Shown here piece by piece: positions 1-10,091 of a DNA stretch of 64,000 bases. Every line of letters begins with the position of its first letter. Positions within the stretch are counted from its first letter, which is position 1. The position numbers and the translations under genes were made by a program. Below the pieces are notes generated by a model that did not search any database, was not told the DNA's origin, and worked only from the letters and a program-made list of their open reading frames with translations. The DNA is taken from the NCBI GenBank assembly GCA_029856145.1, contig JAHQWK010000019.1:32001-96000 (forward strand), written 5' to 3'. This DNA comes from Promethearchaeia archaeon. GTDB taxonomy: Archaea; Asgardarchaeota; Lokiarchaeia; Sigyniarchaeales; SOKP01.

Positions 1-123
1 GAAAAATTTGAAAAAATGCTCGATGAACATTATAACCTTCATGGTTGGGATAATAAAGGAGTTCCTACTGAAAAAACTCTCCGAAGACTAGGGATTGAAA
101 AAGAACCAACTCATATTATTTAA
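1..123 (+). CDS. Aldehyde:ferredoxin oxidoreductase family, C-terminal end (truncated by window start)
   Basis: Frame 1 reads EKFEKMLDEHYNLHGWDNKGVPTEKTLRRLGIEKEPTHII*, the typical AOR C-terminal YY..RGWD..G.PT.E.L..LG motif; followed by a 4Fe-4S partner gene. Confidence 0.85.
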   Translation, partial: EKFEKMLDEHYNLHGWDNKGVPTEKTLRRLGIEKEPTHII

Positions 124-139
124 AATTGAGGGATATCAA

Positions 140-628
140 ATGCAAAAAATATTATTTGTCGATCCGGAAAAATGTACTGGATGTAGGCTATGTGAAAATG
201 CATGTTCTCTCTTTCATGAAAAAGTTAGTAATCCCTCTCGAGCAAGAATTCATATTGTAAAATGGGAAAATGCTGGTTTATATGTGCCAATGATTTGTCA
301 GCAATGTGAAACACCTATTTGCGAAATTGTGTGTCCTATGGGAGCTATAAGTAGAAATGAAAAGACAGGGGCAGTGATTATCAATGAAGATTTATGTGTA
401 GGATGTAACCTTTGCGTAACTTTTTGTCCACTTGGTGGAGTAGGAATTAATAAGAATAGAAAGATTATAAAATGCGATCTTTGTGAGGGTGACCCTATAT
501 GCGTAAAATTTTGCCAACCTGGTGCCCTTCAATTTATAGATGCTAATACTATTAATCTAAAAAAAAGAAGAATTGCAGCAGAAAAATTATCAGAATTAAT
601 GAAAAAATTGTTAGATGTATCAATATAA
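140..628 (+). CDS. 4Fe-4S dicluster electron-transfer protein (DmsB/HydN-like, AOR partner)
   Basis: CTGCRLCENAC, CQQCETPICEIVCP, CVGCNLCVTFCP and KCDLC..DP.CV..C motifs; likely start ATG 140 rather than TTG 95. Confidence 0.9.
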   Translation: MQKILFVDPEKCTGCRLCENACSLFHEKVSNPSRARIHIVKWENAGLYVPMICQQCETPICEIVCPMGAISRNEKTGAVIINEDLCVGCNLCVTFCPLGGVGINKNRKIIKCDLCEGDPICVKFCQPGALQFIDANTINLKKRRIAAEKLSELMKKLLDVSI

Positions 629-661
629 AGATTTTTTATGAATATTTAAAGAGGATTCAAT

Positions 662-1609
662 ATGCAGGAAAAATTTAAAATTGGAATAATTGGTATTGGA
701 CCAACTGGGGGGATTTTAGCAGCACAACTTGTTAAAGCAGGACACAACGTGGTTCTTGTTGATATCAATAAAAGCCATATGGATAAGATAAAAAAGAATG
801 GATTAACTTTAACGAACCTCAATGATTTCAATGTGAAATTCCCAAAAGAAAACATATGCTATTCGATAGATGAGCTGGAAAATAAAGAACTAGATACTTT
901 ATTCATCGCTGTAAAAGCATCTCATCTTGAGGAGATTTTACCACAAATAAAAAAAATAATGGAACCCAACACAACCATAATTAGCTTACAGAACGGTTTT
1001 GATACTGAGGAACTTATTGCAGAGTATGTAGGAGAAGAAAATACGATTCGTATTGTTGTTAACTATGCTGGAAATATTTTAGAGGATGGAGTCATAAGGA
1101 TGTCATTTTTTAATCCACCAAACTACTTAGGTGTATTAGTTACTGAAGCTGAAGACAAAGCCAAAAAACTAGCAGAAATCATCAATTCAGCAGGATTAGA
1201 AACTGTATATACTCCAGATATCAAAAAATATGAATGGACAAAATGTATACTTAACACAATAAGCCCTGTTTGCGTTGTCACCCGTACGACTATGAAGCAA
1301 ACAATGGGATTTGAAGACACAAGAAAGATTTGCCGAGAAATATTACGCGAAGGAATTGAAGTTGCACGTGCGCGAGGTCTTAATTTTGAACCAGATTTTT
1401 TAGATAAATGTATGAGCTACTTGGATAAAGCAGGACACCATAGAGTTTCAATGGAAGCTGATATTAATGCTGGAAATCCATCAGAAATAGGATATCTTAA
1501 TGGAAAAATAGTAGAATATGGAGAACTCGAAGGAATACCGACACTTTATAACAAAATATTCGTTTCGTTAATTAAAGGATGCGAATTACCTCCTGTAAAT
1601 CGTGATTAA
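662..1609 (+). CDS. panE: 2-dehydropantoate 2-reductase (ketopantoate reductase family)
   Basis: GIGPTGG Rossmann motif, IAVKA, SLQNG, WTKCILN, SM..DI..G..SEI..LNG. Confidence 0.85.
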   Translation: MQEKFKIGIIGIGPTGGILAAQLVKAGHNVVLVDINKSHMDKIKKNGLTLTNLNDFNVKFPKENICYSIDELENKELDTLFIAVKASHLEEILPQIKKIMEPNTTIISLQNGFDTEELIAEYVGEENTIRIVVNYAGNILEDGVIRMSFFNPPNYLGVLVTEAEDKAKKLAEIINSAGLETVYTPDIKKYEWTKCILNTISPVCVVTRTTMKQTMGFEDTRKICREILREGIEVARARGLNFEPDFLDKCMSYLDKAGHHRVSMEADINAGNPSEIGYLNGKIVEYGELEGIPTLYNKIFVSLIKGCELPPVNRD

Positions 1610-1632
1610 ATAAATTCGATTAATGCTAAACT

Positions 1633-2421
1633 ATGAGCAATGAAATATACTTTGTTGGTATTGATGTTGGAACTAGCTATGTAAAATCAGTTCTTATCAA
1701 TAATACAAAAGAAATTCTAAGTTCTTTTTTTAAACGTACTGGTACTTCCATTGAGAATTCCAGTAAAACTGCTTTTCAAAAAGTTATTTCAGATGGAACT
1801 CTATCCGAAACTACTATATCATCTATTATGGCAACAGGATATGGAAAAAATAAAGTTTCCTTTGCTAATAATTATAAAACTGAAATAAGTTGTCATGCAA
1901 AAGGAGCATATCACTATTTTCCTAAAAAAATTACAGTTATTGATATAGGAGGCCAGGATACTAAAGTTATTAAACTTGATGAGAAAGGAAAAATAGTAAG
2001 GTTTAAAATGAATAGAAAGTGTGCTGCTGGAACAGGCGCATTTATAGAGGAGATAGCTTATCGTCTTGATATTCCCTTAAAAGACTTAAATAATTTGGCT
2101 GCTAAATCTACTTTAAATGTTCCTCTTGCTAGCTTTTGTACTGTTTTTGCGAAAACAGAAATTCTTACTCGTATTAAAGACGGAGAAAAAGTAGAAGATA
2201 TGATAAAGAGTGCGTTTGGCTCTGTTATAAAGAGAATAATTGAAATGACTGAGATTGAAGGTACAGTTGTTCTTACCGGTGGAGTGATAGCTCATAATAA
2301 TATCGTGGGGGAAATCTTGAAAACAGAATTAAAAGCAGATATCTTAATTCCACCTCACCCACAATTTATAGGGGCAATAGGAGCAGCTCTATTTGCGTTG
2401 GAAACCTATAATCTAGAGTGA
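1633..2421 (+). CDS. 2-hydroxyacyl-CoA dehydratase activator (BadF/BadG/BcrA/BcrD-type ATPase)
   Basis: GIDVGT, ATGYG, EISCHA.GA, IDIGGQDTK, MNRKCAAGTG, CTVFA. Confidence 0.9.
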   Translation: MSNEIYFVGIDVGTSYVKSVLINNTKEILSSFFKRTGTSIENSSKTAFQKVISDGTLSETTISSIMATGYGKNKVSFANNYKTEISCHAKGAYHYFPKKITVIDIGGQDTKVIKLDEKGKIVRFKMNRKCAAGTGAFIEEIAYRLDIPLKDLNNLAAKSTLNVPLASFCTVFAKTEILTRIKDGEKVEDMIKSAFGSVIKRIIEMTEIEGTVVLTGGVIAHNNIVGEILKTELKADILIPPHPQFIGAIGAALFALETYNLE

Positions 2422-2470
2422 AAACGATAAATTTTAAAAAAAAGAATAAATTAAGATAGATTTAACCTTT

Positions 2471-2989
2471 TTAACTTATTACTCTACCAAGTTCTTTTCT
2501 TGATTTCTTTGTATTCTCATTAGTAATATAGAAACCGATAAAATAAGCGATTAGAGCTAGAAGGAAAAGACACAATGCTGATACGTAAAACCAGCGCCCT
2601 CTTTCTCCCAAAACCTCTATGATTACCCATTTAAGTAACCAGGTCGCAACCCCACCTACGAGAACAAAAACAATATCGAAAAATGCATTGATAAAAGTAT
2701 CCTTTCTATTTTCATATTTTAGTCCTAGTCTCCACAGAATTGTGTTTTCTATGATTTCCCATATAACACCTACGATAAGAACTAATAATAAGATGAAAAA
2801 CCATGGTATAAGAGCTGGACCTATAAATAGTTCCCATAAAGTTATAATTAATGAAAATAATGAAAATGCACCAATTCCAAAGGCAATATGACCCCAACTA
2901 TAATAATCCCATGGAGAACGGCCCACGTAATCTTCTAGAAGGCCTACAAAAGGTAAATAATGTTTATTTTCTGATTCTGTATCTGACAT
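2471..2989 (-). CDS. Hypothetical membrane protein (about 4 TM)
   Basis: Hydrophobic segments; D.YS.GH...G and WE..EN motifs. Confidence 0.7.
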   Translation of the reverse strand: MSDTESENKHYLPFVGLLEDYVGRSPWDYYSWGHIAFGIGAFSLFSLIITLWELFIGPALIPWFFILLLVLIVGVIWEIIENTILWRLGLKYENRKDTFINAFFDIVFVLVGGVATWLLKWVIIEVLGERGRWFYVSALCLFLLALIAYFIGFYITNENTKKSRKELGRVIS

Positions 2990-3591
2990 ATTTAATCCTT
3001 TTTTTTTGATATTTCAAATTAAAGTATGAATAATAAAGAAATAAATAAATTTATAATTAATCCTACAAATGTTTCGGTTAATCCTATTATAAGTAAACTA
3101 ATATTTTTTTTTAAGTAATTTATCTATTTATAATATGATTTAAGAATCTATGAGGGATTTTTAATAAAAATTTGAAAGATTGTTGTGTAACCAATAGTGG
3201 AGTAAGTTATTAAATTATTTTGTCGGTAGCATTCTAAAATTTAAAACATAAACACTTTTGATTATTTAAAATGAACTTCATGCTTATTAAGAACTTAATA
3301 AAATGTAAAATTATTTTTATTAGAATGAAGAGGAACAAAAATTTATAAAAAATTTCGGAATACCTTTTTCAAAAAAATCTGGTTAATGCGTTTTTTAGAG
3401 AAGCAAATTTTTTTTTTTCAATTAAAATTATGAGCTCTTTTAACTTTTATTTCTAAAATAAGGATGTAATAAAGAAAGCTAATAAAATTAATCTCATAAT
3501 GTTATCATACCAATTATATTTACAGAAAAATGGAACAGAACGTTCATAAAATTCACGAAACATTTATTAATATAGTTGACTAGATACATAA

Positions 3592-3689
3592 TAGAAAAAA
3601 ATTAATTTTTTTTCTAGTAGTGGAATGTTTAAGCCATATTTATTCCTCCACGAATAATAAAAATTCATTCCATTACTCTCTTTTTTTTT
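3592..3689 (+). ncRNA. Candidate small structured RNA (or 10-codon microORF 3625-3657)
   Basis: BRE/TATA-like GAAACATTTATTAA at about 3557-3570; hairpin 3592-3616; 12-bp stem AGTAGTGGAATG (3616-3627)/CATTCCATTACT (3666-3677); inner hairpin TTATTC-CTCCAC-GAATAA; T9 run at 3681-3689. Confidence 0.4.
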
Positions 3690-3787
3690 ATAAATAATAA
3701 ATTACTGAAAGTTTTAGTTTTGTAAATTTAGTCTAATTGACAGTTAACTTAAATTTAAGAAAATTTTCTTTTAATTAACTATTTAAG

Positions 3788-3943
3788 TTAATCTACAGAT
3801 TTACTTTTCATAAATTCTTTAATAAGTGTAGGTAGGACTTCATATAAATCACCCACGATTCCATAGTGAGCGATACTATAAATAGGGGCATTTGGATCTT
3901 TATTGATTGCTACAATAATTTCAGAATTTTGCATCCCTACTAA
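3788..3943 (-). pseudogene. etfA: Electron transfer flavoprotein alpha subunit, C-terminal remnant
   Basis: Reads [51 protein letters not shown], the conserved EtfA C-terminus; starts 1 nt after the acyl-CoA dehydrogenase stop; N-terminal part absent. Confidence 0.9.
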
Positions 3944-3944
3944 A

Positions 3945-5102
3945 TTATTGAATTCCTTTTCGTAATAGGTGATTAGCTATTACTAATCTTTGGATTTCTG
4001 AGGTTCCCTCATATATCTCCCCCATCTTAGCATCGCGAAAATATCTTTCAACAGGATAAGCTTTCATTAGCCCATATCCACCATGTATTTGAACTGCATC
4101 ATGTGCCGCTTGCATTGCTGCTTCAGATGCAACTAACTTTTCCATCGAACTTGTATATCCATATTCTTTTCCTTGATCACACAAATATGCAGCCTTATAA
4201 GTTAACAAACGGCCAGATTCAATAGCACATGCCATATTGGATATCATCCACTGGATTCCTTGAAACCTTCCTATTGGTTGTCCAAATTGAACTCTTTCAT
4301 TTGCATATTTAATAGAAGCTTCTAATGCCGCCTGACCTAATCCTACACATTGAGCTGCTATGGAAATTCTCCCAAAATCCAATGTCTGCATAGCCAATTT
4401 AAATCCATCTCCTTGTTTTCCCAAAATATTATCCTCTGGGACACGAACATCTTGAAAAACAAGCTCTGAAGTATTTGAACCTCGAACTCCCAATTTATCC
4501 TCTTTTACACCAACAGAATAACCATGTGTATCAGTGTCAACAATAAAAATAGTTAATTCTTTTCGAGAACCTTTTTCTCCTGTTGCAGCAACTACTAATA
4601 AAGTTTCTGCTATACCCCCATTTGTAGCAAAAATTTTACTACCATTTAAAATCCATTCATCACCATCTTTCTCAGCTTTTAATTGCACTCCTGCAGCATC
4701 AGAACCCGCATTTGCTTCAGTTAAACAGAAAGCACCAATTTTATTACCTTTTGCAAGGTCAATTAGAAATTGTTGTTTTTGATCTTCTGTACCAAACCTA
4801 TAAAGGGGTTTTGCGACAACAGAACAATGAACTCCCGTTGTAACCGACCATGATGCATCCACTCGTCCAATTTCTTCAGTAACAACACAAAAACTTACTG
4901 TATCATTATGAAGTCCTGCTCCACCATATTCTTCTGGAATACAAGTCCCAAAGTAATTCATTTCTTTCATCTTTTCCATTACTGTCTCGTCTAATTTTTG
5001 AATATCATCGCTTTCTTGTGCGACCGGAGCAATATATTTCTCAGCAAATTCTCGTGTAACTTCTTTTAGTAGCTTTTGCTCATCATTTAAGGCAAAATCC
5101 AT
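3945..5102 (-). CDS. Acyl-CoA dehydrogenase (butyryl-CoA dehydrogenase-like)
   Basis: [45 protein letters not shown]. Confidence 0.95.
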   Translation of the reverse strand: MDFALNDEQKLLKEVTREFAEKYIAPVAQESDDIQKLDETVMEKMKEMNYFGTCIPEEYGGAGLHNDTVSFCVVTEEIGRVDASWSVTTGVHCSVVAKPLYRFGTEDQKQQFLIDLAKGNKIGAFCLTEANAGSDAAGVQLKAEKDGDEWILNGSKIFATNGGIAETLLVVAATGEKGSRKELTIFIVDTDTHGYSVGVKEDKLGVRGSNTSELVFQDVRVPEDNILGKQGDGFKLAMQTLDFGRISIAAQCVGLGQAALEASIKYANERVQFGQPIGRFQGIQWMISNMACAIESGRLLTYKAAYLCDQGKEYGYTSSMEKLVASEAAMQAAHDAVQIHGGYGLMKAYPVERYFRDAKMGEIYEGTSEIQRLVIANHLLRKGIQ

Positions 5103-5426
5103 AATAAATCAACAAATTCTTTACTCTTTTATTAAAATCTTACTAATGAAATATTCTATTTTAAAAAACTAGTTAATAATCATAATTATATTTTATTAAA
5201 TTTTTAACGCAGTAAGAAAAAGGATAATAGACAGTCAATATTTGCCTTTTAAAAAAAGCATCTTTTATACACAATTTTTATATAGTTTCGAGATCAAATT
5301 TTATATTAAATTAGTTAATTAAATAAATAAGTTTTTAAGCAAAATTAAAAACAAAAAAAATATTGTTCATTCTAGTTTTTAAAATTGTTTAATTACAAAT
5401 TATAATATAAAAGGAAAGAAATTTCA

Positions 5427-6692
5427 ATGGAAGTTGAACAAGTTTTTTTAAAACTCTTTGGGAGAAATCTCATAAGTTATAAAAAGCTTGAAAATGGTCA
5501 AGTTGCAGGTTCAGGGATTCTCAATCCAATTCTTGATAGGTTAAGTATTTACCGACTAATTTTCATGATTCTCTTACAAGCTAATTTTTATAAAAATATG
5601 GAAGTTGGAAGATGGAAAGGAAAAATAGTTTCAAATACTTTTGCTCCGCCAGTCGGAAGTCGACCTATGTTACGTGCTTTAAAGGGTTTAATAAGATCCC
5701 AATTATTGCCGTATCCATTCCCAATTGCAATGACTTTTGCGATAACTTATAATTGTCAATGCAAATGTGTTCATTGTAGTGCTGGGAGGCATCTTAGAAA
5801 AGATAGAAAAGAATTATCTACAGAAGAGGCAAAAAAGTTAATAGACGATGCTCAAAAACTAGGAGTAACTATTATTGCCTTCACTGGAGGGGAACCCTTA
5901 CTACGAGAAGATCTTTTCGAGCTTATTTCTCATGTAGATAAGAGAAAAGCAATGCCTGTTATGTTTACAAATGGTCAATTTCTTACTGATGAAAATGTTG
6001 ACAAACTGGCTGAGGCGGGGCTTTATTCGATATTCTTGAGTATAGATTCACCTGATGCTGAAGAACATAACAACTTAAGAGGAATGCCAGGTCTTTTTGA
6101 GACTGCTATAGAAGGAATTAAGAGAGTTCAATCAAAAGGGATCTTTGCAGGATTTTCCGGTTATGCAACTCGTTCTGGAACAGAAAAAGGAACATACAAG
6201 AAACTACATAAATTAGCTATAGATCTTGGTCTAAAAAATATAATTTATTTCGATTGTGTACCTACCGGAAATATGTTGCATGATACGAGTGAAATGTTGA
6301 CATTTGATTTACGAGAAGAACTTCATAATTATTCTGCTGAGGTTTTTAGGAAAAAGATTATACCTCCTCTGTCATCTCAATCGTGGCAGAATTCTGTGGA
6401 AGCCTACCTCTCAGGAATAGGATGTCTTGCCGCAAATATTCAATTATATGCTTCTGCTTATGGAGATATTGCTCCCTGCGATTTCACACCTCTCTCGTTT
6501 GGAAATGTCCGAAAGGAATCCTTAAAGAAGATTTGGATGCGGATGGTAAAACATCCTGCTTATAATCATCGAAGTCCTTTCTGTAGAATGCAAAATAAAG
6601 AATTTAGGCATTTCTACATTGATCCTATCCCTAATGATGCTTATTTACCCTATAAAATAAGCAAACTTCCCAGGGTTGATTATAGAAAATAA
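5427..6692 (+). CDS. Radical SAM protein with SPASM/twitch domain
   Basis: CQCKCVHC (CxxxCxxC), FTGGEPLLR, C-terminal GCLA...GDI.PC...FGN. Confidence 0.9.
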   Translation: MEVEQVFLKLFGRNLISYKKLENGQVAGSGILNPILDRLSIYRLIFMILLQANFYKNMEVGRWKGKIVSNTFAPPVGSRPMLRALKGLIRSQLLPYPFPIAMTFAITYNCQCKCVHCSAGRHLRKDRKELSTEEAKKLIDDAQKLGVTIIAFTGGEPLLREDLFELISHVDKRKAMPVMFTNGQFLTDENVDKLAEAGLYSIFLSIDSPDAEEHNNLRGMPGLFETAIEGIKRVQSKGIFAGFSGYATRSGTEKGTYKKLHKLAIDLGLKNIIYFDCVPTGNMLHDTSEMLTFDLREELHNYSAEVFRKKIIPPLSSQSWQNSVEAYLSGIGCLAANIQLYASAYGDIAPCDFTPLSFGNVRKESLKKIWMRMVKHPAYNHRSPFCRMQNKEFRHFYIDPIPNDAYLPYKISKLPRVDYRK

Positions 6693-6816
6693 AATAAATC
6701 AAATCTTCCTTTCCTTTATCTTCTTATTTTAATTTTATTTTTTTATAGTTTTCTTGAAACTTTAGTCTTTATTATTAGCAAATAAAATTAAATCTATTAC
6801 AATCATTACTTGATGT

Positions 6817-7626
6817 ATGAGTGTTGATAACCAACATTTTGAAATTTCAAAACAAAAGGAATATTTGTATGTAATAAAAGAAAACATCTCGTTGGTTCAT
6901 CCTGCTTATACAAATGATCCTCTTAATATGTATTTACTTTTAGGATCTCATACGGCTCTTTTACTTGATACGGGATGTGGGCTTTCCCCTCTAAAACCAA
7001 TAGTAGATCATGTGATAGGGGAAAGAAAACTCATAGTCTTCAATACTCATTATCATTGGGATCATCCTTTGGGTAATGTAGAATTTGGAGAGGTTTACAT
7101 TCATGAAAATGAAGTTGATAATGTTTCAAAACCTTATGATGTTTCATTTTTAAAAGACTCTCCCAACGAGATTGTAAAGATATATGCAAAACAAAATTTT
7201 CAAATCCCTCCAGCAAAAACAATTAAAACTTTAAAAGATGGAGATGTTTTTGATTTAGGTGAAATAGAGATAAAAATCATTCACTGTCCAGGACATTCTC
7301 CTGGTTCAATTTGCTTATTGACATCCACAGGTGAACTTTTTACAACTGATGTAGCTTATTATGGAGATCAATTCTTGCCTAAAAAAGAAAATTTTCCTGA
7401 GGTTCTTAATACTCTTTCTAAATTGATAACTTTAAGTGAAAAACAAAAAAATCTTGAACTTTATCCTTCGCATAGAAATTATCCATGTGATAAGACACTA
7501 TTAACAGATCTTTACAAGGGAATTGAAAATCTAGAGAATCTATGGGATACTAAGATAATGTTTGATTTTTTTGAGATGTGGCAGATCGATGATGATAAAT
7601 TTAGATACTATATATCTCAAACATAA
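6817..7626 (+). CDS. Metallo-beta-lactamase fold hydrolase
   Basis: LLDTG, THYHWDH, PGHSPGS, PSH. Confidence 0.9.
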   Translation: MSVDNQHFEISKQKEYLYVIKENISLVHPAYTNDPLNMYLLLGSHTALLLDTGCGLSPLKPIVDHVIGERKLIVFNTHYHWDHPLGNVEFGEVYIHENEVDNVSKPYDVSFLKDSPNEIVKIYAKQNFQIPPAKTIKTLKDGDVFDLGEIEIKIIHCPGHSPGSICLLTSTGELFTTDVAYYGDQFLPKKENFPEVLNTLSKLITLSEKQKNLELYPSHRNYPCDKTLLTDLYKGIENLENLWDTKIMFDFFEMWQIDDDKFRYYISQT

Positions 7627-7699
7627 GGATATTTCAACATCAAACTTTTATATTCTTTTACTGAATAAAAACTTTAAAACTGTCATTGAGTATTTTATA

Positions 7700-8018
7700 A
7701 TAATTAGAGGCGACAAGTGCTGAATAATCTATTGGAATTTCAAATAAATCAGAATACGGTCTTCAAGGAATGATATTTACAGAAGATATTGATCTTGAAT
7801 TCAATATAGCTCAGGAAGTAGAGGTTGGAACAGATCAAATTAACAGGAAGAGTGCTCGTGGACCAGATCATTTTCCTTTTTTAGGGACAAAATCATCTGA
7901 TTTGGGTACCCAAGGTAAAAAATATTCTATTGAAGCTATGAGCCGCCCTAAAATCGTTATTATAAATTTATCTGAAAGGGGAAAATTAGTAAAACAGTGT
8001 TTTGCTCCAGAGAAATAA
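7700..8018 (+). pseudogene. gapN: NADP-dependent glyceraldehyde-3-phosphate dehydrogenase (GapN, ALDH family) C-terminal remnant
   Basis: Reads IIR/ATSAE*SIGISNKSEYGLQGMIFTEDID...EVGTDQINRKSARGPDHFPFLGTKSSDLGTQGKKYSIEAMSRPK; RGPDHFPF.G.K.SG.G.QG..YSIEAM is the GapN C-terminus; in-frame TAA 7725-7727 and a 1-nt frameshift near 7709. Confidence 0.85.
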
Positions 8019-8204
8019 ATTTCAAATGTAATAGGAATTAGGTCTGTTATATCTTCCTGCTAAACTAATTTTCGAATATCAAACTTAATTTCAATAGTAT
8101 TTCTCCACATATTACAAAATTGTAGTCCAATTAAATTTATATATGATCAAATTTTAATCATTAAACAAGAAATCTAATTTACAAATTTGTAGTTTTGATT
8201 AAAA

Positions 8205-9950
8205 ATGAGATTAAAAAAATATTTAATTTCAGGTATAATTGCTGTAGGTCTAGTTACAGGAACGATATTTTTAGCTGTATTTTATCTTTTTCCACCACCT
8301 CCTCAACAAGAAGAACCTAAGGAATTATTTAACTTTGATTTGTCTATTACATCACATGAAAATGATTCAGTAGTAAAATCTTGTGCAGTCGTTTTAAGAG
8401 GAAATACCTCTGGATCGCCAGATATTAATGAAATTGTTGTGAATGGTAAAAATGCTATTAGCTTGGAATCTAATTTTAAAAAGTGGGGAGTAATTTTGAA
8501 TTTAATACATGGTTCAAATCAAATTCTAATAGATATCATATATAATATAACATATAAAATTGAAAATGCCTCAGACTTCTGTATTAACGCTGACACAAAT
8601 CCTTTTCCAAAAGATTTAGATCGTCCTGATTCGAGTTATCAAGATATGAACAACGATGGAATTGATGGTATGTGTGATAATGCAATTTTTGTATCTAAAG
8701 GTGGATCCGATCTAAATTCAGGTGATATAGCTCATCCCATGTTAACAATTATTGCAGGAGTCGCTAAAGCAAATGAAAGTGGAAAAAAAGATGTATACAT
8801 TTCAGAGGGAACTTACAATGGAAGTGTCGTAATGGTAGATGGAATTAGTATATATGGAGGGTATAGAGAATCAGATTTATGGTCAAGGGATGTATCAACC
8901 TATCCAATAATAAATTCAACAAAGGAAGTAGATAATCATATTATTGGAGTCAAAGCTCATAATATTCATTCACCAACATATTTGGATACTATGGAAATAA
9001 TTACTGGAAATTCTACTAGTGGTACTTCTTGTGGGATCTGGTGCTATAATATCTCTGATTTTATGCTTAGCATAAATAATTGTATCATTCATTCAGGAAA
9101 TGGTGGAGATGGTGTTAATGGCCCTAATGGAGTTAATGGTGCGTCAGGTAGCGCTGGAAGCGCTGGGGTAGGAGTAAATGGTGGGTCAGGAGGCTCTGGA
9201 GTTTATAATGGCGGTTCTGGCGGAGCAGGGGGTATATTCGTGTTAATTCCTTTACCAGGAAACCCTGGACTCGGTGGGGCGGGACCAAGCGGTGGTTCTG
9301 GGGGTATTCTTGGCCCTCCTCTCCTTCCAGGGCTTGCTGGAGGTAATGGTGGTAATGGTGGAAATGGTGGTCATGGTGCTGTTGGAGATGGAAATGGTAC
9401 GATTGTAAATAATTTTTGGTATGGAAATGATGGACATAATGGTGGAAATGGTGGTCATGGAAGTGGTGGCGGCGGAGGCGGAGGCGGAGGCTCTGGTCTA
9501 ATTTTGCCTTCTTGGGGCGGTGGCGGCGGAGGTGGAGGCGGTGGTGGCCAACTTGGAATTGGAGGTATCGGAGGTACTAGCGGCGGTGGTTCAATTGGTA
9601 TTTTGCTCGTCGAGGCTAATATCACCAGTACTTATAATACGATCTTTACTGGTAACGGTGGTGCTGGTGGTGCTGGTGGTAGTGGTGGTATAGGAGGTTC
9701 TGGTGGTTCTGGTGGTGCTGGGGGAATACCACTTCTAGGAGGTCTAGGAGGAAAAGGTGGTAATGGAGGAAAAGGTGGTGATGGTGGCGCAGGAGGCGGA
9801 GGAGCTGGGGGTGTATCTTACGGTATATATTGTTATAACTCAAATTCCGTAATAATCGGTAATTTGTATACCATAGGTTCTGGAGGCTCAGGTGGTTCAA
9901 GCACTGGCAATAATGGAGTACAAGGAGAATCAGGAGACGTTTACATTTAA
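8205..9950 (+). CDS. Membrane-anchored glycine-rich (PGRS-like) surface protein with DUF1565-like beta-helix entry motif
   Basis: N-terminal TM, PPPPQQ linker, D.NNDGIDG, IFVSKGGSDLNSGD..HPM.TI..G, EGTY, G.SIYGGY; Gly-rich region from about 9100 to 9930. Confidence 0.8.
   Translation: MRLKKYLISGIIAVGLVTGTIFLAVFYLFPPPPQQEEPKELFNFDLSITSHENDSVVKSCAVVLRGNTSGSPDINEIVVNGKNAISLESNFKKWGVILNLIHGSNQILIDIIYNITYKIENASDFCINADTNPFPKDLDRPDSSYQDMNNDGIDGMCDNAIFVSKGGSDLNSGDIAHPMLTIIAGVAKANESGKKDVYISEGTYNGSVVMVDGISIYGGYRESDLWSRDVSTYPIINSTKEVDNHIIGVKAHNIHSPTYLDTMEIITGNSTSGTSCGIWCYNISDFMLSINNCIIHSGNGGDGVNGPNGVNGASGSAGSAGVGVNGGSGGSGVYNGGSGGAGGIFVLIPLPGNPGLGGAGPSGGSGGILGPPLLPGLAGGNGGNGGNGGHGAVGDGNGTIVNNFWYGNDGHNGGNGGHGSGGGGGGGGGSGLILPSWGGGGGGGGGGGQLGIGGIGGTSGGGSIGILLVEANITSTYNTIFTGNGGAGGAGGSGGIGGSGGSGGAGGIPLLGGLGGKGGNGGKGGDGGAGGGGAGGVSYGIYCYNSNSVIIGNLYTIGSGGSGGSSTGNNGVQGESGDVYI
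9353..9460 (+). repeat. 24-bp exact direct repeat within the Gly-rich coding region
   Basis: TAATGGTGGAAATGGTGGTCATGG at 9353-9376 and 9437-9460. Confidence 0.85.
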
Positions 9951-10091
9951 GAAATAGAATTTTTAAGAAATTTTAACAAATTTTTTTTTTATTATTATTC
10001 AATATTTAGTAGGTGAAACATATAAAGTTCTTTTTGGTACATTAGTACGAAATTGTGTTAAAAAAACTTAAGAAAATAATTATTAATTTCA

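Noticed and set aside
3616-3677. Hairpin as a SECIS element
   Set aside because: No properly placed AUGA/GA quartet with apical AA, and no adjacent gene with an in-frame TGA
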